Shown here: positions 10,717 through 20,169 of the stretch, one piece after another
How the letters are laid out: each line of letters opens with the position of its first letter
Numbering within the stretch: position 1 is the stretch's first letter
Origin: an uncultured Alphaproteobacteria bacterium
GTDB taxonomy: Bacteria > Pseudomonadota > Alphaproteobacteria > CAZZKF01
Length of the DNA: 64,000 bases
Assembly: GCA_964654995.1 (NCBI GenBank)
Contig: CAZZKF010000003.1
Span: 12,276-76,275 of the forward strand
Direction of reading: 5' to 3'
The notes under the pieces: model-generated
Seen by the model: the letters and a program-made list of their open reading frames with translations, nothing else
What the model was told of the DNA's origin: nothing
The model's database searches: none
Made by a program: the position numbers and the translations under genes

Positions 10717-11304
10717 TCAAACCTGGCGGGTGCTCCTGTCCTGACCTTCATCCGCCGATGCGGGCCGGGCCGGCGGCGGGCCGAACAGGTCCTGTGCGCG
10801 CGCCAGGGCATCGATATCATACGCCTGCAGGCGGGCGATCTGGTCGACCACATAGCCGGCCATCGCCGCCAGCACCGGTGCATCCGGCGGCTGGCCGCGG
10901 TAAAGATTGCGGGCCAGGGCCTCTTCGAACGCCGCAGCCCCGCCCTTGCGTGCCGCCTCATACGCCGCCATGCGGCCATAAAAGGCGGAAACCATGCGTT
11001 TGACCTGCTTGCCGACGCTCAAATCGCCGACCCCCATCTCGCGCAAACTCCGGTCCATGTCGGCAAACATCAGATCGAACAACTCCTGGCCCAGCGCCGT
11101 GCCGCGCGGCCCCAGCTCCCTGAGCCGGGTGAGCAGAAGAAACATGTGAAGCGCGATCATGTCGAACCGGCCATCGACACTGTCGGCGACCCCAAGCCGG
11201 GCGTAAAAGGGCTCGGCCCGGGCCTGGGCAACGGCCGCCAGATAAAGCGCCTGCGCCGCCTCGTCCCGATCCCCGCTGAACAGCCGACGAAAAGAAAATT
11301 TCAT
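10717..11304 (-). CDS. Ubiquinol-cytochrome c chaperone (Cbp3-like) domain protein
   Basis: 195 aa. The pattern FDMIALHMFLLLTRL ... LFDLMFADMDRSLREMGVGDLSV matches the Ubiq_cyt_C_chap family commonly found between bamE and yceD in Alphaproteobacteria. Confidence 0.55.
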   Translation of the reverse strand: MKFSFRRLFSGDRDEAAQALYLAAVAQARAEPFYARLGVADSVDGRFDMIALHMFLLLTRLRELGPRGTALGQELFDLMFADMDRSLREMGVGDLSVGKQVKRMVSAFYGRMAAYEAARKGGAAAFEEALARNLYRGQPPDAPVLAAMAGYVVDQIARLQAYDIDALARAQDLFGPPPARPASADEGQDRSTRQV

Positions 11305-11480
11305 GGATGCTTCCTGTCTGGCGCCACCGCCCGCCCAACATTGACAGGCGCGCGCCGCGGTGCCATCTTCGCGCCTGTTAAGGTAACGTCACTGGCCCGA
11401 GGGTCAACGCCGCCCTCTTGCAGCCTTGCAAACAGCGGCATAATCGGACTTCTTCCGACAGCAGGCAATGGTTTGATGTC

Positions 11481-11957
11481 ATGACCTGGAAAGGCATTGT
11501 TCGCGGGCTGGTTCTGACCGCCTCGGCCGTCGCCCTGGCGTCCTGCGTCAAGAACGTCGAAATCCGCGGCTATATCGCCGACGAGGAACTGATCAGCGAG
11601 ATCGTTCCCGGCGTCGACAATCAGGAATCGATCGAGGCCGCACTCGGCACGCCGTCGATCAAGGCGACCTTCGATAACCGCACCTGGTATTACGTGTCGC
11701 GCAAGACCAAGAACGTCGCCTTTTTCCAGCCCAAGCTGGTCGACCAGCAGATCCTTGCCATTCGCTTTGATGAGGAAGGCAACGTCGAAGAGATCAAGAC
11801 CTTCACCAAGGCCGATGCCCGCAAGGTGCCGATCGTCGACCGCAAGACGCCGACCCGCGGCCGCGAGCTGGGACTGCTGCAACAATTGTTCGGCAATATC
11901 GGCCGCTTTGCCGGCACCGGCCAGGGCGCGCCGGGCCCCGGCGGTCCCGGCCGATAA
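11481..11957 (+). CDS. bamE: Outer-membrane protein assembly factor BamE (SmpA/OmlA)
   Basis: ATG at 11481 (MTWKGIVRGLVLTASAVALASC) with a lipobox LASC, followed by an SmpA/OmlA domain and a Gly/Pro-rich tail. Confidence 0.75.
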   Translation: MTWKGIVRGLVLTASAVALASCVKNVEIRGYIADEELISEIVPGVDNQESIEAALGTPSIKATFDNRTWYYVSRKTKNVAFFQPKLVDQQILAIRFDEEGNVEEIKTFTKADARKVPIVDRKTPTRGRELGLLQQLFGNIGRFAGTGQGAPGPGGPGR

Positions 11958-11983
11958 GCGCTTCGCCAGTCCGCCGATATGAA

Positions 11984-12016
11984 AAGGCCCCGACCGACAT
12001 GCGGACGGGGCCTTTG
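11984..12016. terminator. Bidirectional intrinsic terminator (bamE / hppA convergent)
   Basis: aaaggccccg - 13 nt loop - cggggccttt. The minus-strand reading has a U-run (ttttcata) and the plus-strand has tttgtcat. Confidence 0.6.
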
Positions 12017-12042
12017 TCATGGGCCTGCGGACCCGCCGGGCA

Positions 12043-14124
12043 TTAGCCGGCCAGCGCCGCCAGCAGCAACAATGCGACGATATTGGTGATCTTGATCATC
12101 GGGTTGATCGCCGGTCCCGCCGTATCCTTGTAGGGATCGCCGACGGTATCGCCGGTCACCGCCGCCTTGTGGGTCTCGGAGCCCTTGCCGCCAAGATTGC
12201 CGTCCTCGATGTACTTTTTGGCGTTGTCCCAGGCACCGCCGCCGGCGGTCATGGAGATGGCGACGAACAGGCCGGTGACGATGACGCCGAGCAGCATGGC
12301 GCCGACGGCAGCAAAGGCGGCCGACTGGTCGGCGACGAAGTCGATGATGAAATACATCACCACCGGCGCCAGCACCGGCAGCATCGACGGCACCACCATT
12401 TCGCGGATCGCCGCCTTGGTCAGCAGATCGACGGCGCGGCTGTAATCGGGCTTGGCGCGGCCCTCCATGATGCCGTCGATCTCGCGGAACTGGCGGCGCA
12501 CCTCGACGACCACCGCGCCGGCCGCGCGGCCGACCGCGGTCAGCCCCAGCGACGCGAACAGATAGGGCAGCAGTCCGCCGATCAGCAGACCGACGACGAC
12601 GTAGGGGTTGGACAGCTCGAAGTCCACCGCCACGCCCGGGAAGAACAGGCTGAGGTCCTGGGTATAGGCGGCGAACAGCACCAGCGCGGCGAGGCCGGCC
12701 GAGCCAATGGCATAGCCCTTGGTCACCGCCTTGGTGGTGTTGCCGACGGCATCCAAGGCATCCGTGGTCTTGCGCACGGATTCCTCGAGGTCGGCCATTT
12801 CGGCAATGCCGCCGGCATTGTCGGTGACCGGCCCATAGGCATCCAGCGCCACCACCATGCCGGCCAGGGCCAGCATCGCGGTGACCGCAACGGCGATCCC
12901 GAACAGGCCGGCCAGCATATAGGCGATGATGATGCCGGCGCAGATGATCAGCGCCGGAATGGCGGTTGCCTCGAGCGACACCGCCAGCCCCTGAATGACA
13001 TTGGTGGCATGCCCGGTGGTCGAGGCCTGGGCGATGCTCTGGACCGGACGGAAATTGGTGCCGGTGTAATATTCGGTGACCCAGATGATCAGGCCGGTGA
13101 TCACCAGCCCCAAAAGCCCGGCATAGAACAGCGAAAGCCCGGTAAAGGTGGTGCCTTCGACGGTGAAGGTGGTGTCCATGCCGCCGAACACGAAAGAGGT
13201 AACGAACCACAGACCGATGGCCGAGAGCACCGCGGCGGCGATAAAGCCCTTGTACAGCGCCCCCATGATGTTGCCGTTCTTGCCCAGGCGGACGAAATAG
13301 GTGCCGATGATCGAGGCCACGATGCAGGTGCCGCCGATCGCCAGCGGATAGTACATCGCCGCCGTCCTCGCCTCGCCGACGAAGAAGATCGAGGCCAGAG
13401 TCATGGTTGCCACCACGGTCACCACATAGGTCTCGAACAGATCCGCGGCCATGCCGGCGCAGTCGCCGACGTTGTCGCCGACGTTATCGGCAATCACCGC
13501 CGGGTTGCGGGGATCGTCCTCGGGGATGCCGGCCTCGACCTTGCCGACCAGGTCGGCGCCGACGTCGGCTCCCTTGGTGAAGATGCCGCCGCCCAGACGG
13601 GCGAAGATCGAGATCAGCGACGCCCCGAAGCCGAGCGCAACCAGCGCCTCGACGATCTCGCGCTTGGGCGTCTCGGTCTCGAGCAGGACGCCGTAATAGC
13701 CGGCCACCGCCAGCAGGGCGAGGCCGGCAACCAGCATGCCGGTGACCGCACCCGCCCGAAAGGCGATGGATAGGCCCTGTGCCAGCCCTTCGCGGGCGGC
13801 CTGGGCGGTGCGCACGTTGGCGCGCACCGAAATGTTCATGCCGATGTATCCGGCTGCGCCGGACAACAAGGCGCCGATGAAATAGCCGATCGCCGGCTTG
13901 AGCCCCAGGAATCCCCAGAGGATGGCCAAAACGACGAGGCCAACCATGGTGATCGTCCGGTACTGGCGGTTCAGATAAGCGATGGCGCCTTCAAGAATGG
14001 CGCCCGAAATCTCCTGCATGCGCTGGCTTCCGGCATCCGCCATCAGCACCGACCGGCTGGTGAAAACGCCATAGACCACTGCCAGGGCGCCTGCTGCAAT
14101 GGCCGCCCATATTGCCTCAGTCAT
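12043..14124 (-). CDS. hppA: Membrane-bound proton-translocating pyrophosphatase (H+-PPase)
   Basis: 693 aa with ~16 TM helices. Signature motifs [18 protein letters not shown] and DNAGGIAEM, and a PPase-like C-terminus. Confidence 0.93.
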   Translation of the reverse strand: MTEAIWAAIAAGALAVVYGVFTSRSVLMADAGSQRMQEISGAILEGAIAYLNRQYRTITMVGLVVLAILWGFLGLKPAIGYFIGALLSGAAGYIGMNISVRANVRTAQAAREGLAQGLSIAFRAGAVTGMLVAGLALLAVAGYYGVLLETETPKREIVEALVALGFGASLISIFARLGGGIFTKGADVGADLVGKVEAGIPEDDPRNPAVIADNVGDNVGDCAGMAADLFETYVVTVVATMTLASIFFVGEARTAAMYYPLAIGGTCIVASIIGTYFVRLGKNGNIMGALYKGFIAAAVLSAIGLWFVTSFVFGGMDTTFTVEGTTFTGLSLFYAGLLGLVITGLIIWVTEYYTGTNFRPVQSIAQASTTGHATNVIQGLAVSLEATAIPALIICAGIIIAYMLAGLFGIAVAVTAMLALAGMVVALDAYGPVTDNAGGIAEMADLEESVRKTTDALDAVGNTTKAVTKGYAIGSAGLAALVLFAAYTQDLSLFFPGVAVDFELSNPYVVVGLLIGGLLPYLFASLGLTAVGRAAGAVVVEVRRQFREIDGIMEGRAKPDYSRAVDLLTKAAIREMVVPSMLPVLAPVVMYFIIDFVADQSAAFAAVGAMLLGVIVTGLFVAISMTAGGGAWDNAKKYIEDGNLGGKGSETHKAAVTGDTVGDPYKDTAGPAINPMIKITNIVALLLLAALAG

Positions 14125-14322
14125 CTGTCTGAAATCCCCGTTTGTTGGTATCTAGGATGGCCCCGTGCCGGCAGATCCCTGACGCCCGTCGAAACCACAG
14201 GCGACCCGCCGCTCCGGCCCCCGGGAGCGCGGGCGAGACCATGCCAGAATTGCGTTTGAAAGGCAAGCGACCTGCCGCCCCGCCAAAACCGGGGCGTGAG
14301 GCGGCGCCAGGGCGCCGTCAGA

Positions 14323-14769
14323 TCAGCGGTCGGCGGGGGTCACGCGGGTCACCACGACGCTGCGGACCGGCACCCCGTCGGCATACTTGCGGGCCACCGG
14401 CAGCAGCCGCTTCTTTACCGCGCCGACGTCGAGCCGACCGTCCGGATTGGTGAGTGCAGGCACGTTGTAAAGGGCCTGCGAAAACCGCCCCCTCAGCCGC
14501 GGTGCAACCCGGGTGATCGCATCCGCGGCATCGCTGCCATCGACTTCGACCTTGAGGTGGACGAAGACGTTGCCCAGCAGCCGCCCGTCCTTGACCAGCG
14601 GCACCAGAACCGGGCTGATGAAGACGAAATAGGGGTCCTTTTCGCTGTCGCCGCCGTCACCCTTCGAGGATGCCGCCGCCGGCGCCGCGACCAGCACCGC
14701 AAGCGCCAAGGCCAAGGCCATCCGCCACCGCGCACCACCACCTGCAGCCATTTGCCGATTCCCTGCCAT
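14323..14769 (-). CDS. FliL-like flagellar basal-body-associated protein (orphan)
   Basis: N-terminal signal/TM segment (MALALALAVLVAAPAAA). The C-terminal pattern DPYFVFISPVLVPLV...LKVEVDGSDA...APRLRGRFSQALYNV...VVVTRV resembles the FliL family. Start is uncertain (14769 or earlier). Confidence 0.4.
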   Translation of the reverse strand: MAGNRQMAAGGGARWRMALALALAVLVAAPAAASSKGDGGDSEKDPYFVFISPVLVPLVKDGRLLGNVFVHLKVEVDGSDAADAITRVAPRLRGRFSQALYNVPALTNPDGRLDVGAVKKRLLPVARKYADGVPVRSVVVTRVTPADR

Positions 14770-14798
14770 TGCCACAATCCGAGATGCGCCGGAGGCTA

Positions 14799-15794
14799 TC
14801 AGAAATGGGTATATCCTTTGTGAACGGCTTCGTGCGGGCGGCCCCGGGCGTCGAGAACACACACCCCGGCACCGGCCTCGAAGCGGCCGATTTCGGTGAT
14901 CGGCACGCCCGTCTCCCGGGCCAGTTCGGCGACCTCGGGGGCGCGCGCCGGCGCGAGCGCAAACAGCAATTCGTAATCATCGCCGCCGGCAAGCACCACA
15001 TCGATATCGGCGGCGTTGTCGGCGATCGCGCGCCGCGCCGGCGCCGACAATGGCAGGCGCGTCTCGTCAATGACGGCAGCCAGTCCCGAGGCCCGGCAGA
15101 CGTGCTCCAGATCGGCCAGCAGCCCGTCGGAAATGTCGATCGCCGCATGCGCCAGGCCGATGAGCCGCGGGCCCACCGTGGTTCGCGGGCAAGGCAGCCG
15201 ATAGCGCCCGGCCAGATAGTCGGCGTCGGCTGCGGCCAATCCGGCAAGATCGCCCTGCACCAGCCGCAGCCCCAGGGCGGCATCGCCCAGGGTGCCGGTG
15301 ACGAACAGATGGTCGCCGGCCTCGGCCCCGGAGCGGCGCAGCGCACCGCCCGCCGGCACCTCGCCAATGGCGGTCAGCGACAGCACCAGCCCGCCGGCAC
15401 TGGCAACGATATCGCCGCCGATCAGCACGATCCCGTAGTCCGCCTGATCCGCGGCCAGCCCGTCGACGAAGCCGCACATCCAGGCGTCATCGATGTCGGG
15501 GGCCAGCGCCAGGCCGAGCAGATAGCCCTTGGGCACCGCGCCCATGGCAGCCAGGTCCGAGAGATTGACGCGCAACAGCTTGCGGGCCACCCGGTCCGGC
15601 GCCTCATCGGTTGGGAAATGAACGCCGGCAACCAGCAGATCCTTGGTAACGACCAGCTCACAGCCGTCGGCTGGACGCATCAGGGCGGCATCGTCGGCGA
15701 GGCCCAGCCCCCAGTCGGAGCCGGCCGCCAGGGGCGCCAGAAGTTCGGAAATCAGACCGAACTCACCGCCCTTGATCCTAGGACCGGGGACCAT
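14799..15794 (-). CDS. thiL: Thiamine-monophosphate kinase
   Basis: MVPGPRIKGGEFGLISELLAPL... with the AIR-synthase-related (PurM-like) fold and DDAA/GGD motifs typical of ThiL. Confidence 0.85.
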   Translation of the reverse strand: MVPGPRIKGGEFGLISELLAPLAAGSDWGLGLADDAALMRPADGCELVVTKDLLVAGVHFPTDEAPDRVARKLLRVNLSDLAAMGAVPKGYLLGLALAPDIDDAWMCGFVDGLAADQADYGIVLIGGDIVASAGGLVLSLTAIGEVPAGGALRRSGAEAGDHLFVTGTLGDAALGLRLVQGDLAGLAAADADYLAGRYRLPCPRTTVGPRLIGLAHAAIDISDGLLADLEHVCRASGLAAVIDETRLPLSAPARRAIADNAADIDVVLAGGDDYELLFALAPARAPEVAELARETGVPITEIGRFEAGAGVCVLDARGRPHEAVHKGYTHF

Positions 15795-16287
15795 CGTCAG
15801 ACCGATCGAGATCGTCGCGAAGCTCGTGCGCCAGCTTGTCCAGCACGCCGTTGACCAGTGCCGGCTCGCCACCATCGAAAAAGGCATGCGCCAGATCGAC
15901 ATATTCGTCGATCACCACCCTGGCCGGCACCTCCGGGCAAAACAGCAGCTCGCGCACCCCGAGGCGCAGAATGGCGCGCAGAACGCTTTCCAGCCGGGCC
16001 AGCGTCCAGGCCCCGGACAGGGCTGCCTCGATGTGGCGGTCGACCTCGTCGCAGCGGGCCAGGGTGTCGGTCACCAGCTCGGCGAAAAAGGCGGCATCCG
16101 CGTCGGCGTAGCTGGCGCCATCGATCTCGGCGCCCAGCCGATGGGTTCGGAACTCGGCGATCACCGCCCGCGGATCCTGCCCGGTGGCCTCGACCTGATA
16201 AAGCGCCTGAACCGCGGCCAGGCGCGCCAGACGGCGCGCGCCCATGCCCGATGGGGGCCGCGCCCTGCCTGTGGCCCGCCTGCTCAC
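15778..16287 (-). CDS. nusB: Transcription antitermination factor NusB
   Basis: RLARLAAVQALYQVEATGQD...VDRHIEAALSGAWTLARLESVLRAILRLGVREL, the canonical NusB signature. Follows ribH as usual. Confidence 0.85.
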   Translation of the reverse strand: MSRRATGRARPPSGMGARRLARLAAVQALYQVEATGQDPRAVIAEFRTHRLGAEIDGASYADADAAFFAELVTDTLARCDEVDRHIEAALSGAWTLARLESVLRAILRLGVRELLFCPEVPARVVIDEYVDLAHAFFDGGEPALVNGVLDKLAHELRDDLDRSDDGPRS

Positions 16288-16757
16288 GGCCGGGACCCTG
16301 CGAGATGCCGGCGCAAGGCGATCATCTCGAGCGCCGCGCGGGCGGCGACACCGCCCTTGTCGCCCTGATCGATGCTGGCCCGGACCCAGGCCTGTTCGCG
16401 GGTCTCGACGGTCAGGATGCCATAGCCGAGCGCCAGCCCGTAAGTGATGGCCAGGTCCTGAAGGCCGCGGGCACTTTCACCGCAGACATAATCGTAATGG
16501 CTGGTCTCGCCGCGGATCACGCAGCCGAGCGCGACAAAACCGTCAAACCGGCTGCGCGCGGTCTGCGCCGGCCCGCCACCGTCGACATCGAGGGCAAAAC
16601 GAATGGCGGCCGGGATCTCGAAGGCGCCGGGAACCGCGACGCGCTCGAAGCCGGCGCCGGCCCCTTCGAGCACGGCAATGGCGCCGCGCGCCAGCTCGTC
16701 GGCGATTTCGGCGTAAAAGCGGGCCTCGACGATCAGAAGGCGCGGCGCATCCGGCAT
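16284..16757 (-). CDS. ribH: 6,7-dimethyl-8-ribityllumazine synthase
   Basis: 157 aa. LIVEARFYAEIADELARGA...VPGAFEIP...GCVIRGETSHYDYV is the lumazine synthase signature. Confidence 0.9.
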   Translation of the reverse strand: MPDAPRLLIVEARFYAEIADELARGAIAVLEGAGAGFERVAVPGAFEIPAAIRFALDVDGGGPAQTARSRFDGFVALGCVIRGETSHYDYVCGESARGLQDLAITYGLALGYGILTVETREQAWVRASIDQGDKGGVAARAALEMIALRRHLAGSRP

Positions 16758-16790
16758 GTCTTCGCTTCCCCTAACACGGATATCCGGCTA

Positions 16791-17924
16791 TCAGCTGGCC
16801 GGATCGTCTGTCGGAATCGGCACCTGATCGACGACCCGCAGGCCATAGCCCTCGAGGCCGACGATATTATGCTGGGTGTTGGAAATCAGGATCATGTCGC
16901 GGACCCCGAGATCAAGCAGAATCTGGGCGCCGATGCCGTAGTCCCGCAACGCCCCGCCATCGCCGGGCGCGCGATCGAGCAGGCGTTTGACATGATCGCT
17001 CAGTGCCGTCGGGCGAACATCGCGAATGATCACGATGACGCCGCGGCCGGCCTCGCCGATCATTTTCATGGCCTGCTGGAACTGGCCGGCACGATCCGGC
17101 TTGGCACCCAGGACATCCTCGAAGATATCGAGGTGGTGCATGCGCACCAGAACCGGCTCGGGCGTCGAGACATCGCCTTTGACCAGGGTGATGTGCTCGG
17201 CGTATTCGGCCTTGTTGATATAGACCTGAAACCGGAACTTGCCGCCGTAGACGCTGTCGATGTCCATGGCCGTGCCGGGAACCGCGGCGATCAGATTGTC
17301 GTGGCGCCGGCGATAGGCGATCAGATCGGCGATCGAGGCCAGTTTCAGCCCATGGAACTGGGCGAATTTCACCAGATCCGGAAGCCGCGCCATGGTGCCG
17401 TCGTCGTTCATGATCTCGCAGATGGCGCCGGCCGGGATGAGGCCGGCAAGGCGCGCGATATCGACCGCCGCCTCGGTATGACCGGCACGTACAAGAACGC
17501 CGCCATCGCGGGCGACCAGCGGGAACACGTGGCCCGGCGTGGCGATGTCGTCGGGTCCCTTGTTGGGATCGATGGCCACGGCGATGGTATGGGCGCGATC
17601 GGCGGCCGAGATGCCAGTGGTCACCCCTTCGGCCGCCTCGATCGAGACGGTAAAGGCGGTCTGGTGGCGCGAGCGGTTGTTCTGCGGCACCATCAGCTCG
17701 AGCCCCAGTTCCCTGGCCCGCTGCGAGGTCAGCGCCAGACAGATCAGGCCGCGGCCGTATTTGGCCATGAAGTTGATCGCCTCGGGTGTCGCCATCTGGG
17801 CGGGAATCACCAGATCGCCCTCGTTTTCCCGGTCCTCGTCATCAATCAGGATGAACATCCGCCCGTTGCGGGCGTCCTCGATGATGTCCTCGATGGCGGA
17901 AAGATACTGATGCACCGACATCAT
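16791..17924 (-). CDS. ribB: DHBP synthase fused to a cysteine-less GTP-cyclohydrolase-II-like domain (RibBX-type)
   Basis: The N-terminal half is canonical RibB (FILIDDEDRENEGDLVIPAQ). The C-terminal GCHII-like half contains no Cys at all; the Zn-binding C-x(n)-CxC triad is replaced (VRMHHLDIFEDVLGAKPD). Confidence 0.85.
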   Translation of the reverse strand: MMSVHQYLSAIEDIIEDARNGRMFILIDDEDRENEGDLVIPAQMATPEAINFMAKYGRGLICLALTSQRARELGLELMVPQNNRSRHQTAFTVSIEAAEGVTTGISAADRAHTIAVAIDPNKGPDDIATPGHVFPLVARDGGVLVRAGHTEAAVDIARLAGLIPAGAICEIMNDDGTMARLPDLVKFAQFHGLKLASIADLIAYRRRHDNLIAAVPGTAMDIDSVYGGKFRFQVYINKAEYAEHITLVKGDVSTPEPVLVRMHHLDIFEDVLGAKPDRAGQFQQAMKMIGEAGRGVIVIIRDVRPTALSDHVKRLLDRAPGDGGALRDYGIGAQILLDLGVRDMILISNTQHNIVGLEGYGLRVVDQVPIPTDDPAS

Positions 17925-18508
17925 GCCTCCTCGGCCAGACGCGCCACGTAACGCGCCAGAATATCGATCTCGACATTGACCGCATCGCCCGGCGCCAGGG
18001 CGCCCAGCGTCGTATGCTCGCGGGTGTGGGGAATGATATTGACGCCAAAGCGCGGGCCATCCACTGCGTTCACCGTCAGCGACACCCCGTCAATGCAGAT
18101 CGAGCCCTTTTCGGCGACAAAGCGGGCCAGCGGCTTCGGCACCTCGAATTCCATACGCAGCGAATCGCCATCAGGCGTGATCCCGACCACACGGCCGACA
18201 GCATCGACATGGCCAGTGGTGATGTGGCCGCCCAGCTCGTCGCCGACGCGGAGCGCGCGCTCCAGATTGACACGGCTGCCCTCGCGCCAACCGCCCAGGG
18301 TGGTGCGCGACAGGGTCTCGGCCGACGCGTCCACCGCAAACGCCCCGTCGAGGACGGCAACCACGGTCAGGCACACGCCGGCACAGGCCACCGAGGCGCC
18401 GACCGGCAGATCGGCGACATCGAATCCGGTTTCGATGGTAAAACGCACGTCGCCCCGACGCTCGATCGAGCGGACGCGGCCGACATCGGTCACGATTCCC
18501 GTAAACAT
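17921..18508 (-). CDS. ribE: Riboflavin synthase alpha subunit
   Basis: MFTGIVTDVGRV... with duplicated lumazine-binding half-sites (GASVACAGVCLTV / GVSLTV), typical of riboflavin synthase. Confidence 0.9.
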   Translation of the reverse strand: MFTGIVTDVGRVRSIERRGDVRFTIETGFDVADLPVGASVACAGVCLTVVAVLDGAFAVDASAETLSRTTLGGWREGSRVNLERALRVGDELGGHITTGHVDAVGRVVGITPDGDSLRMEFEVPKPLARFVAEKGSICIDGVSLTVNAVDGPRFGVNIIPHTREHTTLGALAPGDAVNVEIDILARYVARLAEEA

Positions 18509-18517
18509 GCCTCTTTA

Positions 18518-19624
18518 TTAAGCCTCAACCGAATAGGTTTCCAGCACATCCTGCCCGAGATCGACCAGGCCGGTGCGGCGAAAGGCCGGGCCATCCTTCG
18601 GCTCGGCGAGCCCCAGCGGGCCGATGGCACCCAGGCCGTCGCCACCGAGCACCCGGGCGGCCCGGAACCAGGCCAGGCGATCAACGCGCCCGGCCCGCAG
18701 GAAGGCCGACGTCACTTCGCTGCCGCCTTCAACCAGAAGCCGGGTGATGCCGCGCCCGGCCAGGGCGTGCAGGACCGCATCCACCGCCGGCCGGCCATCT
18801 CCGTCAGCAGCGACCTCGATGACCTCGGCCCCGGCCTTTTCGAGCGCCGCGGCGCGGGCGCGATCGGCGCGATCGGCGCCCTCGGCCGCAATCACCCAGG
18901 TCGGCACCACGCCGGCGGTGGCGATCACCCGGGCGTCCACCGGCGTGCGCAGGCGAGAATCCATCACGATGCGCACCGGCGAGCGATCCTCGAGCCCGGG
19001 CAGCCGGCAGGTGAGTTCGGGGTCATCCGCCGCGACCGTGCCGGCGCCGACCAGAATGGCATCGAATTGGGCGCGCAGCAGATGGCCGCGGGCCCGCGCC
19101 GCCTCGCCGGTGATCCAGCGGCTCTTCCCGGCCGCGGTGGCAATGCGGCCATCCAGGCTGGTCGCGGTTTTCAGCATCACCAGCGGGCGCCCTGCCCTGT
19201 GGCGCAACAGGAACCCGGCGTTGAGCTCTTGCGCTTCGCCCGCGCAGACACCGGTCGTCACCGCGATCCCGGCGGCCTCCAGCGCGGCGATGCCGCGCCC
19301 GGCCACCCGCGGGTCGGGATCCTCAATGGCAATTACCGCGCGGCCAATGCCGGCGGCGATCAGCGCGTCCACACAGGGCGGCGTTTCGCCGTGATGGGCG
19401 CAGGGCTCGAGCGTGATATAGGCGGTTGAGCCGCGCGCGCGCCCGCCCGCCCGGGTGAGCGCCAAGGTCTCGGCATGCGGGCGGCCGCCCGGCGCCGTCC
19501 AGCCGCGGGCGATGATGACGGGCACGCCGTCCCCTTGGTCACGCACCAGCACGCAGCCCACCGCCGGATTGGGCCAGACCCGCCCAAGCCCGCGGGCTGC
19601 GAGAGCGAGCGCCGCGCGCATGTG
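18518..19624 (-). CDS. ribD: Bifunctional riboflavin deaminase/reductase RibD
   Basis: CMP/dCMP deaminase zinc motifs (HAE...PCAHHGETPPC) followed by a RibD C-terminal reductase domain. The start is uncertain (MRAALALAA at about 19624, or upstream). Confidence 0.85.
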   Translation of the reverse strand, partial: HMRAALALAARGLGRVWPNPAVGCVLVRDQGDGVPVIIARGWTAPGGRPHAETLALTRAGGRARGSTAYITLEPCAHHGETPPCVDALIAAGIGRAVIAIEDPDPRVAGRGIAALEAAGIAVTTGVCAGEAQELNAGFLLRHRAGRPLVMLKTATSLDGRIATAAGKSRWITGEAARARGHLLRAQFDAILVGAGTVAADDPELTCRLPGLEDRSPVRIVMDSRLRTPVDARVIATAGVVPTWVIAAEGADRADRARAAALEKAGAEVIEVAADGDGRPAVDAVLHALAGRGITRLLVEGGSEVTSAFLRAGRVDRLAWFRAARVLGGDGLGAIGPLGLAEPKDGPAFRRTGLVDLGQDVLETYSVEA

Positions 19625-19664
19625 CCAGAGATCGACCGGATCGGGAGGGGCACCGCCCCCGGTG

Positions 19665-20120
19665 CTAATCGCCGCCACCGAGCTTGCCCACGAATTCCTC
19701 GAAATCCTTGGCCTCCCGGAAGTTCCGGTAAACGGAGGCAAAGCGCACATAGGCGACCTGGTCGAGATTGGCGAGCCCCTCCATCACCAGTTGCCCGATC
19801 AATTCGGACGGCACCTCGCTCTCGCCCATGCTTTCAAGCCGGCGGACCAGGCCATTGATCATGCGCTGGACACGCTCCGGCTCGACCGGGCGCTTGCGCA
19901 GGGCGATATCGATCGAGCGCTCCAGCTTGTCGCGGTCAAAGGGTGTGCGCCGGCCGCTTTTCTTGAGCACGGTCAGCTCGCGCAGGTGCACCCGCTCGAA
20001 GGTGGTGAAGCGGGCACCGCAGCCGGGACATTGCCGGCGCCGGCGGATGGCCGAGTTGTCCTCGGTCGGCCGCGAATCCTTGACCTGTGTATCTTCGTTA
20101 CCGCAAAACGGACAACGCAT
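19665..20120 (-). CDS. nrdR: Transcriptional repressor NrdR
   Basis: [18 protein letters not shown]...[12 protein letters not shown] zinc ribbon plus an ATP-cone. Canonical NrdR at the head of the rib cluster. Confidence 0.9.
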   Translation of the reverse strand: MRCPFCGNEDTQVKDSRPTEDNSAIRRRRQCPGCGARFTTFERVHLRELTVLKKSGRRTPFDRDKLERSIDIALRKRPVEPERVQRMINGLVRRLESMGESEVPSELIGQLVMEGLANLDQVAYVRFASVYRNFREAKDFEEFVGKLGGGD

Positions 20121-20169
20121 TTCAGCCCCCGACCGGCAACATCATTGCCGTTGTTATCGCCAACGCCCC

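Noticed and set aside
12019-13773. 584-aa plus-strand ORF antisense to hppA
   Set aside because: It is entirely embedded in the opposite strand of a gene with unambiguous H+-PPase motifs. Its translation is Arg/Gly/Asp/His-rich low-complexity sequence typical of antisense frames in high-GC DNA. No RBS or start context.
16758-16790. FMN riboswitch upstream of rib genes
   Set aside because: Intergenic spaces inside and upstream of the rib cluster are too short (33 and 49 nt) to hold an RFN element. No conserved RFN core motifs were recognised.
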